From the NCBI GenBank assembly GCA_029288725.1, contig JARIGS010000004.1, forward strand, positions 15,132 to 79,131: 64,000 bases of DNA, in the 5' to 3' direction. The notes below the pieces were generated by a model, which was given only the letters and a program-made list of their open reading frames with translations, made no database searches and was not told the origin of the DNA. The DNA comes from Candidatus Nomurabacteria bacterium. Lineage in GTDB: Bacteria; Patescibacteriota; Minisyncoccia; Phycocordibacterales; UBA9973. Position numbers and translations under genes: made by a program. Every line of letters begins with the position of its first letter. Positions within the stretch are counted from its first letter, which is position 1. Shown here piece after piece: positions 36,816-46,892 of the stretch.

Positions 36816-39800
36816 ATGCACCTCAGTTCCCAACGATTCAATCGGATTATTGCCATCCTCGCCATCCTCTCGACGGTGAGCGTTTTTGCGTATAGAGCCG
36901 CTGCGTCTTCGTTGCCGGGTGCCTTCCTCGGATCAAAAATTACGGTCGGTGACACCAACAACACCTATGCCATTGCCGACACCAACTACCTCGAAGGAGG
37001 ACACATGCAGGTGGCAACCCATGCGGCTTTGTTGGCCATCACTCGTGAGCGTCGCGAAGTCGGCATGCTTGTCACTGTCGTCGATGATGACACGGGAACA
37101 GTGGGAAATCAGACCGTAACCTATCGTCTGATCAGCAATCCAACTGCGGATGGTTCAGGAGGAACCGCAACACCAACAACCGATGCAAACTGGACAGTGA
37201 TCATTCCTTCACTTGGTGGAAACGGAGGTAAGTTCTTGACGACTGATGGTACGACCGTAAGCTGGGCAACGGTCAGTGGCGGAGGAGGCGGTGGTACCTA
37301 TACTGCTGGTACTGGTTTGACACTCACCGGCAGTGCGTTCTCCGTGAACACTTCACAGAATATTGCAACCCTCTCTAATCTCACCACTGACGGTTTTGTA
37401 AGAACTACTGGTGCGAATGGCACGCTTACTTCTGCACCACTTTCATCTGCAGAAGTTGCCAGTGCGCTTGGGTACACCCCGTACAATGCATCAACCAATT
37501 CTTCTGGGTACATTGCCGGCAATCTTACCGGTGCGATTACTTCCGTAGGCAATGCTACCTCACTTGGTTCATTTACCTCTGCAAATCTCAGCGGTGCACT
37601 CACTGATGAGACGGGAAGTGGGGCAGCAGTATTTGCCAACTCACCAACATTCGTGACGCCAACACTCGGTGCCGCAAATGCGACATCAGTCAATGGCTTG
37701 TCACTTACTGCAAATCCAACTGGTTTTGCCATTGCTGGTGGTAGTACTACTTCAAAGACTCTTACCATTTCAAATTCATTAACACTTGCTGGTACTGACG
37801 GCTCAACGCTCAACATCGGCACTGGTGGCACGCTTGGTTCTGCAGCCTTCACCAACGCTTCTGCGTATGAAGTGCCGCTAACGTTTAGCACTGGACTCAC
37901 CAGAACAGGTAATACCATTACGGTGAATGCATCACAAAATATTTCTACACTCTCAAACCTCACCTCAAACGGTTTGATTAAGACAACAGGAGGAACGGGG
38001 GCGCTTTCGATTGCGGCCGCTGATATTGATTACTCTACACCAACTGGTGTTGAGACAATTACCAATAAGGATTTTACCTCTGGTACCAACACTTTCCCAA
38101 CATTCAACCAGAATACGACCGGTAGTGCGGCAACATTAACCACAGCTCGATTGATTGCCGGCAACAGCTTCAACGGCTCAGCCAATGTGCCGTTTGCAAA
38201 CAAATTCATTGTTCAGGGTACGAGTGATGCTGGTCTGACCGGCGCCCAGTTCCTTGGTGCATTGGCAACAGGCTTATTAAAAAACACGACCACCACTGGC
38301 GTACTGTCAGTCGCTACTCCTGGTAGTGATTATGAAGTGCCGCTGACATTTTCAACAGGACTGACACGCACCGTTAACACCATCACTGTCAATACTTCAC
38401 AGAACATTTCCACACTCTCAAATCTCACCTCGAACGGTTTCGTCACCACGTCTGGTGGTACGGGCGCACTTTCTGTCACCGGATCAACGGGGTCTGGCAA
38501 TGTCGTGCTTGCAACATCTCCAACATTGGTAACACCGGTATTGGGTGCTGCTACCGCAACAAGTATCAATAAAGTTGCCTTTACCGCTCCCGCAACTGGT
38601 GCAACGTTGACTATTGCTGATGGCAAGACGCTTACTGCATCAAACTCCCTTACCTTTGCCGGTAGTGATGGATCGACATTGAATGTTGGTAGTGGAGGAA
38701 CATTGGGAACTGCGGCATATACCAGTTCATCAGCGTATGAAGTGCCGCTAACATTCAGTACTGGTCTTACTCGTACTGTTAACACCATCACTGTTAACAC
38801 TTCCCAGAACATCGCGACCCTTTCAAACCTCACTTCAAACGGTTCAGTCCAGACATCCGGAGGCAACGGTACGCTTTCCGTCGTTGCTAATACCGGTACC
38901 GGTAACAATGTCCTTGCGAATTCACCAAGTCTCACTAGTCCCTCTTTTTCAACAATTGTAAATACTGGTACACTGACACTCCCTACTTCTACCGATACGC
39001 TGGTTGGTCGTGCAACAACTGACACACTAACCAACAAAACTATAAGTGGATCAAACAATACACTGACCAATATTCCAAACAGTGCTCTTACCAACTCATC
39101 ATTAACGCTTGCTCTCGGCACGTCTGGTACTGACGTAAACTGGGGTGCATCAACGGTCTCATTGGGCGGTACTGCAACGCTCAACATTCCTGATGCCTCT
39201 GCCACCGCTCGAGGCCTTATCACTACTGGCGCGCAGACCATTGCCGGTGCAAAGACATTTTCAAGTTCAGCGACATTCTCAGCATATACGTCAGGTTCAG
39301 TGCCTTATATTTCAACTGGTGGATTGCTAGCGCAGGACAATGCGAATTTCTTCTATGACGGAATAAACCACCGATTGGGATTGGGCACCACCTCACCGTC
39401 TGCCTTCATCCATGTTCTAGGAACAACCGAGCAGCTTCGTCTCGGATATGATGCAAGCAACTATGGATCATTTACCACTGGCAACACTGGAGGGCTTACC
39501 GTTACCACCACCGGAACGAATGCAAATGTTAACCTCAGTCCTGCTACGGGCATTGTCACCGTGAACGGTACTATCCCCGAGCAGCGCTTCGTCACCTCGG
39601 GCGACAGCAACTACGCGCGCTTCCAGCGCTCAACCGCAAGCGACCAGTTCGTCGGCAAGAACAACGTCTTGCAGTCAGGGGGAGTAGGAAAGGCAATTAC
39701 CGTAACACTTGGTGCCAATCGATATCTTCAAGCTTCTGATGCAGGGTTGCCTACTGGTAGTTCCATTACGTTAAGTTTCAGTGAATGGTATAAATGGACT

Positions 39801-42800
39801 AGTGGCAGCGTAAACGTGCTCTTCTCATACGGTCCCGCTACAAGTAATAATCAGCTTACTTTTTACCTTACTAGTACGACCGGTGTCCTCGCTACGACTG
39901 GTGGAAGTCCGCTGGGTACTGTTTCAATGTCCGGTACTCCTAATGATGGTAACTGGCACCATATTGTAGTGGTGATTAACGGCAGTTCATTGACTGTATA
40001 TACTGATAATATCTCCCACACGGCCACGCTTACTGCTTACAACATCACTTTAAGTGGTACCTTCCAAAACTATCAACCAACAACTGCCTTGGCAGGAGCA
40101 CTAGACCAGGAGCTTGTATATAATAGAGTGCTCAGCCGCACCTCCGGTGCCGGTTCCTCCGACGAAATTGCGCAACTGTACAATGGAGGATCCGGTACTG
40201 CCTCAATCCCGACGACAGGCCTCATTCGCCGCTACGACTTCGAAGAGGGCACTGGCACGACAGCAAATGACACCAACCCAAATGGCACCCAGTATCCATT
40301 GACATTAATTAACGGTCCGACGTGGACCTTGAACGGCTTCGTGCCAGTCAGTGCAAGCAGCACCGAGTCCCCATTCTTCTCAGTCAGTGACGGCCTCACC
40401 AACGCCGAGCGCGGCATCGCGACCTGGGGCGACTTCAACGGCCGCAACCAGCAGCAGGGTAAGTGGTTCCAGTGGTTCCAGAACGGCGTGTACCCACTGG
40501 CAAGCAACAACAGCGGACAGTGGCTGTTCAATCCGAATAATAGTTCAAATACGGCACCAACAATTGCTTCCACCATCGACGTGGCCGGTAACCTTACGAT
40601 TGGCGCGACATATGCGGGAGTGAACGCCGCGCCGACCAACGGCCTGCTGGTGCAGGGCAACGTGGGTATTGGTACGACTACTGCAAACGGTACTCTTTCA
40701 CTGGGGGGCAACCAGACTGCTGCTGCCTGGGGTACTACTGGTATCAACTTCAGCACGGCAGCTGCAACCTACACTAACTCCTCAACCGCAGCAAATGGAA
40801 CAGTGGCCAATAGCGCCGTCAACTCTTTCGGTGTTCCAACTCTTGCTGCTTCCAACACGGGTGTTACTAGCACTACTGCATCAACTTTGTATATAGCAGG
40901 GGCACCGGTAGCGGGAACAAACATGACCATTACCAATCCATTGGCCCTCTATGTTGCAACAGGCAACGCCTCATTTGGTGGTAATGTTGGCATTGGTACA
41001 ACTAGTCCGACGGCAAGACTTCAGCTTGGTGCTGGTACTGCTACTGCGGGTACTGCGCCACTGAAGTTCGCCAGTGGAACTAATCTTGCTACACCAGAAG
41101 CCGGTGCGATGGAATTTGACGGTACGCAGCTATATTTCTCACCGTCAACTACTCGAAACATTGTCGCACAGGTTTCAGGAGGCACCCCACTAACGGCAGG
41201 ATCAATTCCGTTTGCAACCGCAAGTGGTTATTTCACACAAAACAATAATAATTTCTACATTCAAAACAGCTCATCTACTCCAATGACCCTTGCTACCAAC
41301 ACCAACGTTGCGTTTAGTGTGAACACGAACGGTGACTTTACGGGTACCGATGCTGTTAATATCTATGGTCAGTATGATGCGTATCTGCCTAACAGCGCCA
41401 TCACCAATTCATTGACTGGTTTGAACACTGATGGAGCGTTTCCAGGATACGGGGTTTCTTCATCCCGCGGCACAGGACAGTCACCAGTACAGCTCCAGAC
41501 CGGTGACCTAGTTGGTGGTTTCTTTGGCTTTGGTGCCCAAGGTGCGTCGTCACCAACGTATCAAAACCTTGGTGGTATGGCTGTGACGACCATAGGAAGT
41601 TCGACCAATAACCTTGGTGGACAGTTGAATTTCTATACTAAGGCTGACGGCGGATCATTAACTCAGCACTTGAGCATTGATAATGCTGGTGTGCTCTCGG
41701 TATCAAGTACCACCCCCGAGCAGCGCTTCGTCACCTCGGGCGACAGCAACTACGCGCGCTTCCAGCGCTCAACCGCAAGCGACCAGTTCGTCGGCAAGAA
41801 CAACGTATTGCAGTCAGGGGGAAGTGGTCAGGCAATAGTCTTCAACTCCGCTTCTAGTCAGTATTTTACTGCCCCTGATACTGGCCTGCCAACAGGATCA
41901 AGTATTGCCTTAACGGTATCGCAGTGGATCAAGTATAACGGGGGCGTACCGGCCAACCTTCCGTTGCTGTATTATGGAACGGGCTCAACCAGTCTGACTG
42001 CCTTTATAGTAACTAACAGTGGACAAGTCGCTGTGTATAATGGTAATACAGCACTAAGTTCTGCCTTTGGCGTGCGTATTGATGATGGTAAGTGGCACCA
42101 TGTTGTCCTTACAATAAACGGCAGTGCATTGACTGTCTACATAGACAATGTGTCATATACTGGTACGTTGCCTGCCTATACCGTAGCGACAGGAGCGTCA
42201 ATGGTAAACAATAATGTTGCGAACTCGACGTTTTATTTCTCCTATTCACTTGATCAATTATTGGTGTACAACAGAGTGCTCAGCCGCACCTCCGGTGCCG
42301 GTTCCTCCGACGAAATTAGCCAATTGTATAATTCTGGTGCGGGTACCGCTTCCATTTCTACTACCAACCTGCTTCGCCGTTACGACTTCGAGGAGGGCAC
42401 TGGCAGTACTGTAAGCGACACCAATCCGAATGGTACGCAATACCAAATGACACTGGTAAATAGCCCATCTTGGACATTGAACGGCATCGTGCCTATTGGC
42501 GCTAGTAGTACAGAGACATCATTCTTCGCTATCAAAGACGGCCTCACCAACGCCGAGCGCGGCATCGCGACCTGGGGCGACTTCAACGGCCGCAACCAGC
42601 AGCAGGGTAAGTGGTTCCAGTGGTTCCAGAACGGTTCATACCCACTGGCAAGCAACAACAGCGGACAGTGGCTGTTCAATCCAAGCAACAATACTAACGG
42701 CGTTCCGACTATTGCCTCAACTATCGACGTTGCCGGCAACATAACCGTTGGTGCGATATATGCGGGAGTGAACGCCGCGCCGACCAACGGCCTGCTGGTG

Positions 42801-44336
42801 CAGGGCAACGTGGGTATTGGCACTGCTGCTACGACCGTCGCATCCAAACTCCATATTCTTACTACTGCACTTGGAACTACGCAGGCAAACTCTTCTGGTA
42901 TTTACCTGCAAAACAATACTGCGGCAGCTGCAGGTGCGCAACAAATTTCTCCGGGTATCGTGTTTGAAGGTCAGGGATGGAAAACAAATGCAACGGCTGC
43001 ATCACAGGCAGTAGACTTCCGCGAATTCGTTGTACCGGTGCAGGGAACTGCGAATCCTACCGGCTATCTCTCATGGGGTTCTTCAGTCAACGGTGCCGGA
43101 TATACTGACGGATTGCTCGCATTAACGACTGGTGGAAACCTCGGTATCGGCACTACTGCTCCATCAGGCGCACTTTCAGTCGGAGGCAACCGTACCGCTT
43201 CCGCCTGGGGCGTGAACGGTATTAACCTACAAACTGTTGCGGCAACGTACACTGACTCATCGACTGCTGCCAACGGTACCGTTACTAATACCGCCATCAA
43301 CTCATTCGGCATCCCAACGGTGGCGGCGACAAACAGTAGTGTTACCTACACCAACTACTCCAATCTCTACATTGCCGGTGCGCCATTAGCCGGAACAAAT
43401 GTAAGCCTTACTAACCGTTTTGCATTGAACGTCGCCGGTGGCAGCTCATTCTTTGGCGGTAGTGTCGGCATCAGTACTGCGGGTACGCCATTCACCCCAA
43501 GCTTTACGCTGCAGGTTGGGGATGGCGCGGTTAGTGGCATCGTTGCTCGTTTCCAAAACAGCGCCGGTACTTGTGACATTAACCCGCTTACCAGCTCATT
43601 GGCTTGTTCTTCTGATATGAACCTGAAGAAAAATATTACTAACTTGTCCGATGGTAGCGCATGGAGCTTCAGCAACAATATTTCTGTTGCCAATGATAGT
43701 GATCTTGATAAGATCCTTGCCCTTAATCCGGTGACTTACAACTGGAATGTTGAACAGGACACCGACCAAAAGCATATCGGTTTCATTGCTCAGGATGTGC
43801 AGCAGATCTTCCCTGATTTGGTCGCAACTGATCCAAACACCCACTTGCTGTCATTGAACTACATCGGCTTCATTCCATATACCATTGAGGCAATCAAGGA
43901 AATAAACTTCAACATCACCGCCATCGACGATCTTACCAAGAGCAATACCTGGAGAGACGCATTGATTGGATGGTTTGCTGATAGCGCCAACGGCATCAAG
44001 TCATTGGTTGTTCATGACAAGGTCTGTGTCGATGACCAATGTTTGACCAAGAGTGACATTCAGCGATTGTTGCAGCTTGAAAACCAGCAGGGAGGTACGA
44101 CTACGGTATCAAACTCATCATCAAATACGACAAGTAGTACTACCACCGACAGTAGTACTGATACTACGTCACAAACCCAAAGTCCTGATGTGACTGCACC
44201 AGCACCAGATACCACTACTACCAGTACCGCTTCTCCTGCGCCAGACACGACTACTTCAACGGATACTTCTAGTTCCAGTACCACTGACACGAGCAGCACT
44301 CCGCCCCCAGCTGATACTACTAGTGCGAGCCAATAA
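36816..44336 (+). CDS. Giant (2506 aa) secreted multi-repeat protein: signal peptide, about 4 N-terminal ~140-aa repeats, two ~715-aa modules each carrying a LamG/ConA-like lectin domain, a phage tail-fibre-type intramolecular chaperone (Peptidase S74) domain, and a Ser/Thr-rich tail.
   Basis: Signal 'IIAILAILSTVSVFAYRAAAS'. Repeats 'YEVPLTFSTGLTRT.NTITVN.SQNI.TLSNLTSNG' occur three times with this motif (~nt 37866, 38332, 38740), with a fourth divergent copy at ~nt 37328 lacking the YEVPLTFS start. LamG motif 'LVYNRVLSRTSGAGSSDEI.QLYN' occurs twice. S74 chaperone motif 'LNPVTYNWNVEQDTDQKHIGFIAQDVQQIFPDLV'. Confidence 0.8.
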   Translation: MHLSSQRFNRIIAILAILSTVSVFAYRAAASSLPGAFLGSKITVGDTNNTYAIADTNYLEGGHMQVATHAALLAITRERREVGMLVTVVDDDTGTVGNQTVTYRLISNPTADGSGGTATPTTDANWTVIIPSLGGNGGKFLTTDGTTVSWATVSGGGGGGTYTAGTGLTLTGSAFSVNTSQNIATLSNLTTDGFVRTTGANGTLTSAPLSSAEVASALGYTPYNASTNSSGYIAGNLTGAITSVGNATSLGSFTSANLSGALTDETGSGAAVFANSPTFVTPTLGAANATSVNGLSLTANPTGFAIAGGSTTSKTLTISNSLTLAGTDGSTLNIGTGGTLGSAAFTNASAYEVPLTFSTGLTRTGNTITVNASQNISTLSNLTSNGLIKTTGGTGALSIAAADIDYSTPTGVETITNKDFTSGTNTFPTFNQNTTGSAATLTTARLIAGNSFNGSANVPFANKFIVQGTSDAGLTGAQFLGALATGLLKNTTTTGVLSVATPGSDYEVPLTFSTGLTRTVNTITVNTSQNISTLSNLTSNGFVTTSGGTGALSVTGSTGSGNVVLATSPTLVTPVLGAATATSINKVAFTAPATGATLTIADGKTLTASNSLTFAGSDGSTLNVGSGGTLGTAAYTSSSAYEVPLTFSTGLTRTVNTITVNTSQNIATLSNLTSNGSVQTSGGNGTLSVVANTGTGNNVLANSPSLTSPSFSTIVNTGTLTLPTSTDTLVGRATTDTLTNKTISGSNNTLTNIPNSALTNSSLTLALGTSGTDVNWGASTVSLGGTATLNIPDASATARGLITTGAQTIAGAKTFSSSATFSAYTSGSVPYISTGGLLAQDNANFFYDGINHRLGLGTTSPSAFIHVLGTTEQLRLGYDASNYGSFTTGNTGGLTVTTTGTNANVNLSPATGIVTVNGTIPEQRFVTSGDSNYARFQRSTASDQFVGKNNVLQSGGVGKAITVTLGANRYLQASDAGLPTGSSITLSFSEWYKWTSGSVNVLFSYGPATSNNQLTFYLTSTTGVLATTGGSPLGTVSMSGTPNDGNWHHIVVVINGSSLTVYTDNISHTATLTAYNITLSGTFQNYQPTTALAGALDQELVYNRVLSRTSGAGSSDEIAQLYNGGSGTASIPTTGLIRRYDFEEGTGTTANDTNPNGTQYPLTLINGPTWTLNGFVPVSASSTESPFFSVSDGLTNAERGIATWGDFNGRNQQQGKWFQWFQNGVYPLASNNSGQWLFNPNNSSNTAPTIASTIDVAGNLTIGATYAGVNAAPTNGLLVQGNVGIGTTTANGTLSLGGNQTAAAWGTTGINFSTAAATYTNSSTAANGTVANSAVNSFGVPTLAASNTGVTSTTASTLYIAGAPVAGTNMTITNPLALYVATGNASFGGNVGIGTTSPTARLQLGAGTATAGTAPLKFASGTNLATPEAGAMEFDGTQLYFSPSTTRNIVAQVSGGTPLTAGSIPFATASGYFTQNNNNFYIQNSSSTPMTLATNTNVAFSVNTNGDFTGTDAVNIYGQYDAYLPNSAITNSLTGLNTDGAFPGYGVSSSRGTGQSPVQLQTGDLVGGFFGFGAQGASSPTYQNLGGMAVTTIGSSTNNLGGQLNFYTKADGGSLTQHLSIDNAGVLSVSSTTPEQRFVTSGDSNYARFQRSTASDQFVGKNNVLQSGGSGQAIVFNSASSQYFTAPDTGLPTGSSIALTVSQWIKYNGGVPANLPLLYYGTGSTSLTAFIVTNSGQVAVYNGNTALSSAFGVRIDDGKWHHVVLTINGSALTVYIDNVSYTGTLPAYTVATGASMVNNNVANSTFYFSYSLDQLLVYNRVLSRTSGAGSSDEISQLYNSGAGTASISTTNLLRRYDFEEGTGSTVSDTNPNGTQYQMTLVNSPSWTLNGIVPIGASSTETSFFAIKDGLTNAERGIATWGDFNGRNQQQGKWFQWFQNGSYPLASNNSGQWLFNPSNNTNGVPTIASTIDVAGNITVGAIYAGVNAAPTNGLLVQGNVGIGTAATTVASKLHILTTALGTTQANSSGIYLQNNTAAAAGAQQISPGIVFEGQGWKTNATAASQAVDFREFVVPVQGTANPTGYLSWGSSVNGAGYTDGLLALTTGGNLGIGTTAPSGALSVGGNRTASAWGVNGINLQTVAATYTDSSTAANGTVTNTAINSFGIPTVAATNSSVTYTNYSNLYIAGAPLAGTNVSLTNRFALNVAGGSSFFGGSVGISTAGTPFTPSFTLQVGDGAVSGIVARFQNSAGTCDINPLTSSLACSSDMNLKKNITNLSDGSAWSFSNNISVANDSDLDKILALNPVTYNWNVEQDTDQKHIGFIAQDVQQIFPDLVATDPNTHLLSLNYIGFIPYTIEAIKEINFNITAIDDLTKSNTWRDALIGWFADSANGIKSLVVHDKVCVDDQCLTKSDIQRLLQLENQQGGTTTVSNSSSNTTSSTTTDSSTDTTSQTQSPDVTAPAPDTTTTSTASPAPDTTTSTDTSSSSTTDTSSTPPPADTTSASQ
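39575..43860 (+). repeat. Tandem duplication of a ~2.15-kb coding module inside the giant gene (unit 1 ~39575-41712, unit 2 ~41713-43860), with several 42-108-nt islands that are 100% identical.
   Basis: Identical stretches: 39575-39667 and 41714-41806; 40125-40169 and 42273-42317; 40389-40485 and 42537-42633; 40492-40533 and 42640-42681; 40611-40672 and 42759-42820. Sequence between the islands is diverged. Confidence 0.85.
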
Positions 44337-44361
44337 CCATAACGTATGATAGGATACCACC

Positions 44362-45423
44362 ATGCATGACACACGAACCATCCGCATAAGCACTGACACG
44401 ATGATCCGCGGTATTTTGTTGATCGTGGCAGCGGTTATCCTCTTTAAAATCAAGGATATTTTGCTTCTCGTGCTTGTTTCCATAGTGATCGCTTCCTTTG
44501 TTGAGGCCGGGGTACGCATGTTCAAATCATGGGGCATTGACCGTACCTTGTCAGTACCGATTATCTTTACAGCGGTCATCGGTATGGTGACGGTACTGTT
44601 TTACACCTTTGTGCCGATTGTCATTCGGGAACTTTCTGGTGTCCTTACCTCATTACTGACGTATCTGCCAAGCAGTACGCCGGTAAGTAGCCAGTCCGTT
44701 GAAAGTGTCACGGCATTCATCGCAAATATTGCTCACCATACTTCGCTGACAGAATTATTGGGAAGTATCAAGACGAGTGCGTCTTCATTATCACAGGGGG
44801 CGACGACGTTTATCGGTTCAACATTCGGCAATTTGCTCGATGTGGTCTTGGTAGTGGTGATGTCATTTTATCTTTCTATCCAGGAGCGGGGGATTGATAA
44901 CTTCCTACGCATCCTTACACCGCTGAAGCATGAACACTATGTCGTGAACTTGTGGAATCGCACCCAGCACAAGATCGGGGTCTGGTTCAAAGGACAGCTC
45001 TTGCTCGGTCTGATCATGGGAGCAATTACTATCGTTGCATTGGCACTGTTGGGTGTGCAGTACTCATTTCTTATCGGCTGCGTGACTGGTATCGCCGAGC
45101 TTATTCCGTTTGGCATTATCTTTGCGGCCGTACCGGCCATTCTCTTTGCCATTATTGGCGGAGGATACATACTCGGTATCAAGGTATTGATCTTCTATAT
45201 TGTCGCTCATCAGGTTGAGGGCTATGTCCTTAGTCCGGTGGTGGCACATCGCACTGTTGGTATTCCGCCACTTGTCGTGCTCCTGTCATTCTTGATTGGC
45301 ATTACTGTTGCCGGATTCTGGGGCGCTATTATTGCCATTCCGGTGGCAGTATTTATCCTTGAATATCTCAGCGATGTTGAAAAACAAAAGCTCGTACCGA
45401 TTACGATAAACAAGCCTCAATAA
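44362..45423 (+). CDS. AI-2E family (UPF0118/PerM-like) transporter.
   Basis: Eight-TM pattern with the characteristic central and C-terminal blocks 'LIPFGIIFAAVPAILFAI' and 'SPVVAHRTVGIPPLVVLLS'. Confidence 0.75.
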   Translation: MHDTRTIRISTDTMIRGILLIVAAVILFKIKDILLLVLVSIVIASFVEAGVRMFKSWGIDRTLSVPIIFTAVIGMVTVLFYTFVPIVIRELSGVLTSLLTYLPSSTPVSSQSVESVTAFIANIAHHTSLTELLGSIKTSASSLSQGATTFIGSTFGNLLDVVLVVVMSFYLSIQERGIDNFLRILTPLKHEHYVVNLWNRTQHKIGVWFKGQLLLGLIMGAITIVALALLGVQYSFLIGCVTGIAELIPFGIIFAAVPAILFAIIGGGYILGIKVLIFYIVAHQVEGYVLSPVVAHRTVGIPPLVVLLSFLIGITVAGFWGAIIAIPVAVFILEYLSDVEKQKLVPITINKPQ

Positions 45424-45428
45424 CTTTT

Positions 45429-46892
45429 ATGGAAAAAACGTTTTACATTACTACCACGCTGCCATACGTGAATGCACCATTACATATGGGGCATGCTTTG
45501 GAATTTGTACGAGCAGACGCTATTGCTCGGTATAAAACCCTTCAAGGGTACGATGTATTCTTTAATACTGGAACCGATGAGCATGGTCAAAAAATCTATA
45601 CCAAAGCCGTAGAAAAAGGCGAAGACCCGCAGGTTTTTGTTGATAAAAATTTTGTTACGTTTAAGGAACAGGTAGGGGCATTTGGAATGCTTGAAAATCT
45701 GCACTATGTGCGCACGACTGATGAAGCACACATAAAGGCGGCGCAAGTATTTTGGACCAAGGTCTATGACAATGGTTATATTTATAAAAAGACATATCAG
45801 GCAAAATATTGTATCGGATGTGAGGCGGAGAAAACAGATTCCGAACTCGATGAAAACGGGCACTGCCTACTCCATCCTGGATTGGAGCTTGAAATAATCA
45901 ATGAGGAAAATTACTTCTTTAAGTTCTCTGAGTTTGGAGAAAAACTTTTGACATTCTATGAATCTAAGCCCCACTTTGTTTTGCCAGATTTCCGTTTTAA
46001 TGAAGTAAAGTCATTTGTAAAAAACGGTCTACAGGATTTTTCTATTTCGAGAATGAAGGAAAAAATGGCATGGGGGATACCCGTACCGGGAGACGACTCA
46101 CAAGTGATGTATGTCTGGTTTGATGCATTGGTGAATTATATCTCCACATTGGGCTATCCATTGCTTGAAGATAATTTTGAAAAGTATTGGGTACGAGGTA
46201 CTCCGCTTCAATATTGCGGAAAAGACAATACCCGTTTCCAGGCAATTATGTGGCAGGCAATGCTTATCGCCGCCGATCTGCCAAATTCAGATCAAATCGT
46301 TGTAAATGGATTTATCACTGGCGACAAGGGGATTCGCATGTCGAAAACATTAGGAAACGTAGTTGACCCCTTAGACATCGTACGGGAATATGGTACTGAT
46401 GTGTTGCGCTTTTTCCTTCTGAAGGAAATCTCGAGCTTTGAAGACAGCCCTTTTACCATTGAGCGTTTCAGAGAGTCATATCAGGCAAACTTGGCTAATG
46501 GCTTGGGCAACCTGGTCTCCCGCATCATGAAGATGGTGACGAATTATGAAGTGAACTATTTGTTGCCAACTGATGAAGATCTGCTTGAATTTGATGATGC
46601 AGTACCAGAGGATTTTCACACCAAGATTGATCAGTATGATCTCAAAGCAGCGATGGATGATATCTGGCGCGAAGTGAATTCGCTTGATTGGCTAATTCAG
46701 AACAAGGAACCGTTCAAATTGGCAAAGACCGATATGCCTGAAGCCCAGAGAATAGTAGGGGATTTGGCAATTCGTCTCTACATCATTGGATTCCTCTTGC
46801 AGCCATTTATGCCACAGACTGCTGAAACTATTATGAAGTTAGTGAAGGAGAAAAAGACTCCGGAGAAGCCTTTGTTTAATAGATTGGCATAA
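45429..46892 (+). CDS. metG: Methionyl-tRNA synthetase, short 487-aa form without the C-terminal tRNA-binding domain.
   Basis: 'TTTLPYVNAPLHMGHALE' (HIGH as HMGH), Cys knuckles 'CIGCE...GHCLLH', 'RMSKTLGN' (KMSKS). Confidence 0.9.
   Translation: MEKTFYITTTLPYVNAPLHMGHALEFVRADAIARYKTLQGYDVFFNTGTDEHGQKIYTKAVEKGEDPQVFVDKNFVTFKEQVGAFGMLENLHYVRTTDEAHIKAAQVFWTKVYDNGYIYKKTYQAKYCIGCEAEKTDSELDENGHCLLHPGLELEIINEENYFFKFSEFGEKLLTFYESKPHFVLPDFRFNEVKSFVKNGLQDFSISRMKEKMAWGIPVPGDDSQVMYVWFDALVNYISTLGYPLLEDNFEKYWVRGTPLQYCGKDNTRFQAIMWQAMLIAADLPNSDQIVVNGFITGDKGIRMSKTLGNVVDPLDIVREYGTDVLRFFLLKEISSFEDSPFTIERFRESYQANLANGLGNLVSRIMKMVTNYEVNYLLPTDEDLLEFDDAVPEDFHTKIDQYDLKAAMDDIWREVNSLDWLIQNKEPFKLAKTDMPEAQRIVGDLAIRLYIIGFLLQPFMPQTAETIMKLVKEKKTPEKPLFNRLA

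Noticed and set aside
37298-40756. Long minus-strand ORFs (221, 303 and 174 aa) inside the giant gene
   Set aside because: They lie antisense to a well-supported coding frame in repetitive GC-rich Thr/Gly-coding sequence. They are low-complexity (Val/Pro/Ser) mirror ORFs, not genes.
36816-44336. Regularly spaced repeats that could suggest a CRISPR array
   Set aside because: The repeats are long (hundreds of nt), in frame and protein-coding with diverged 'spacers'. They are tandem domain repeats, not a CRISPR array.
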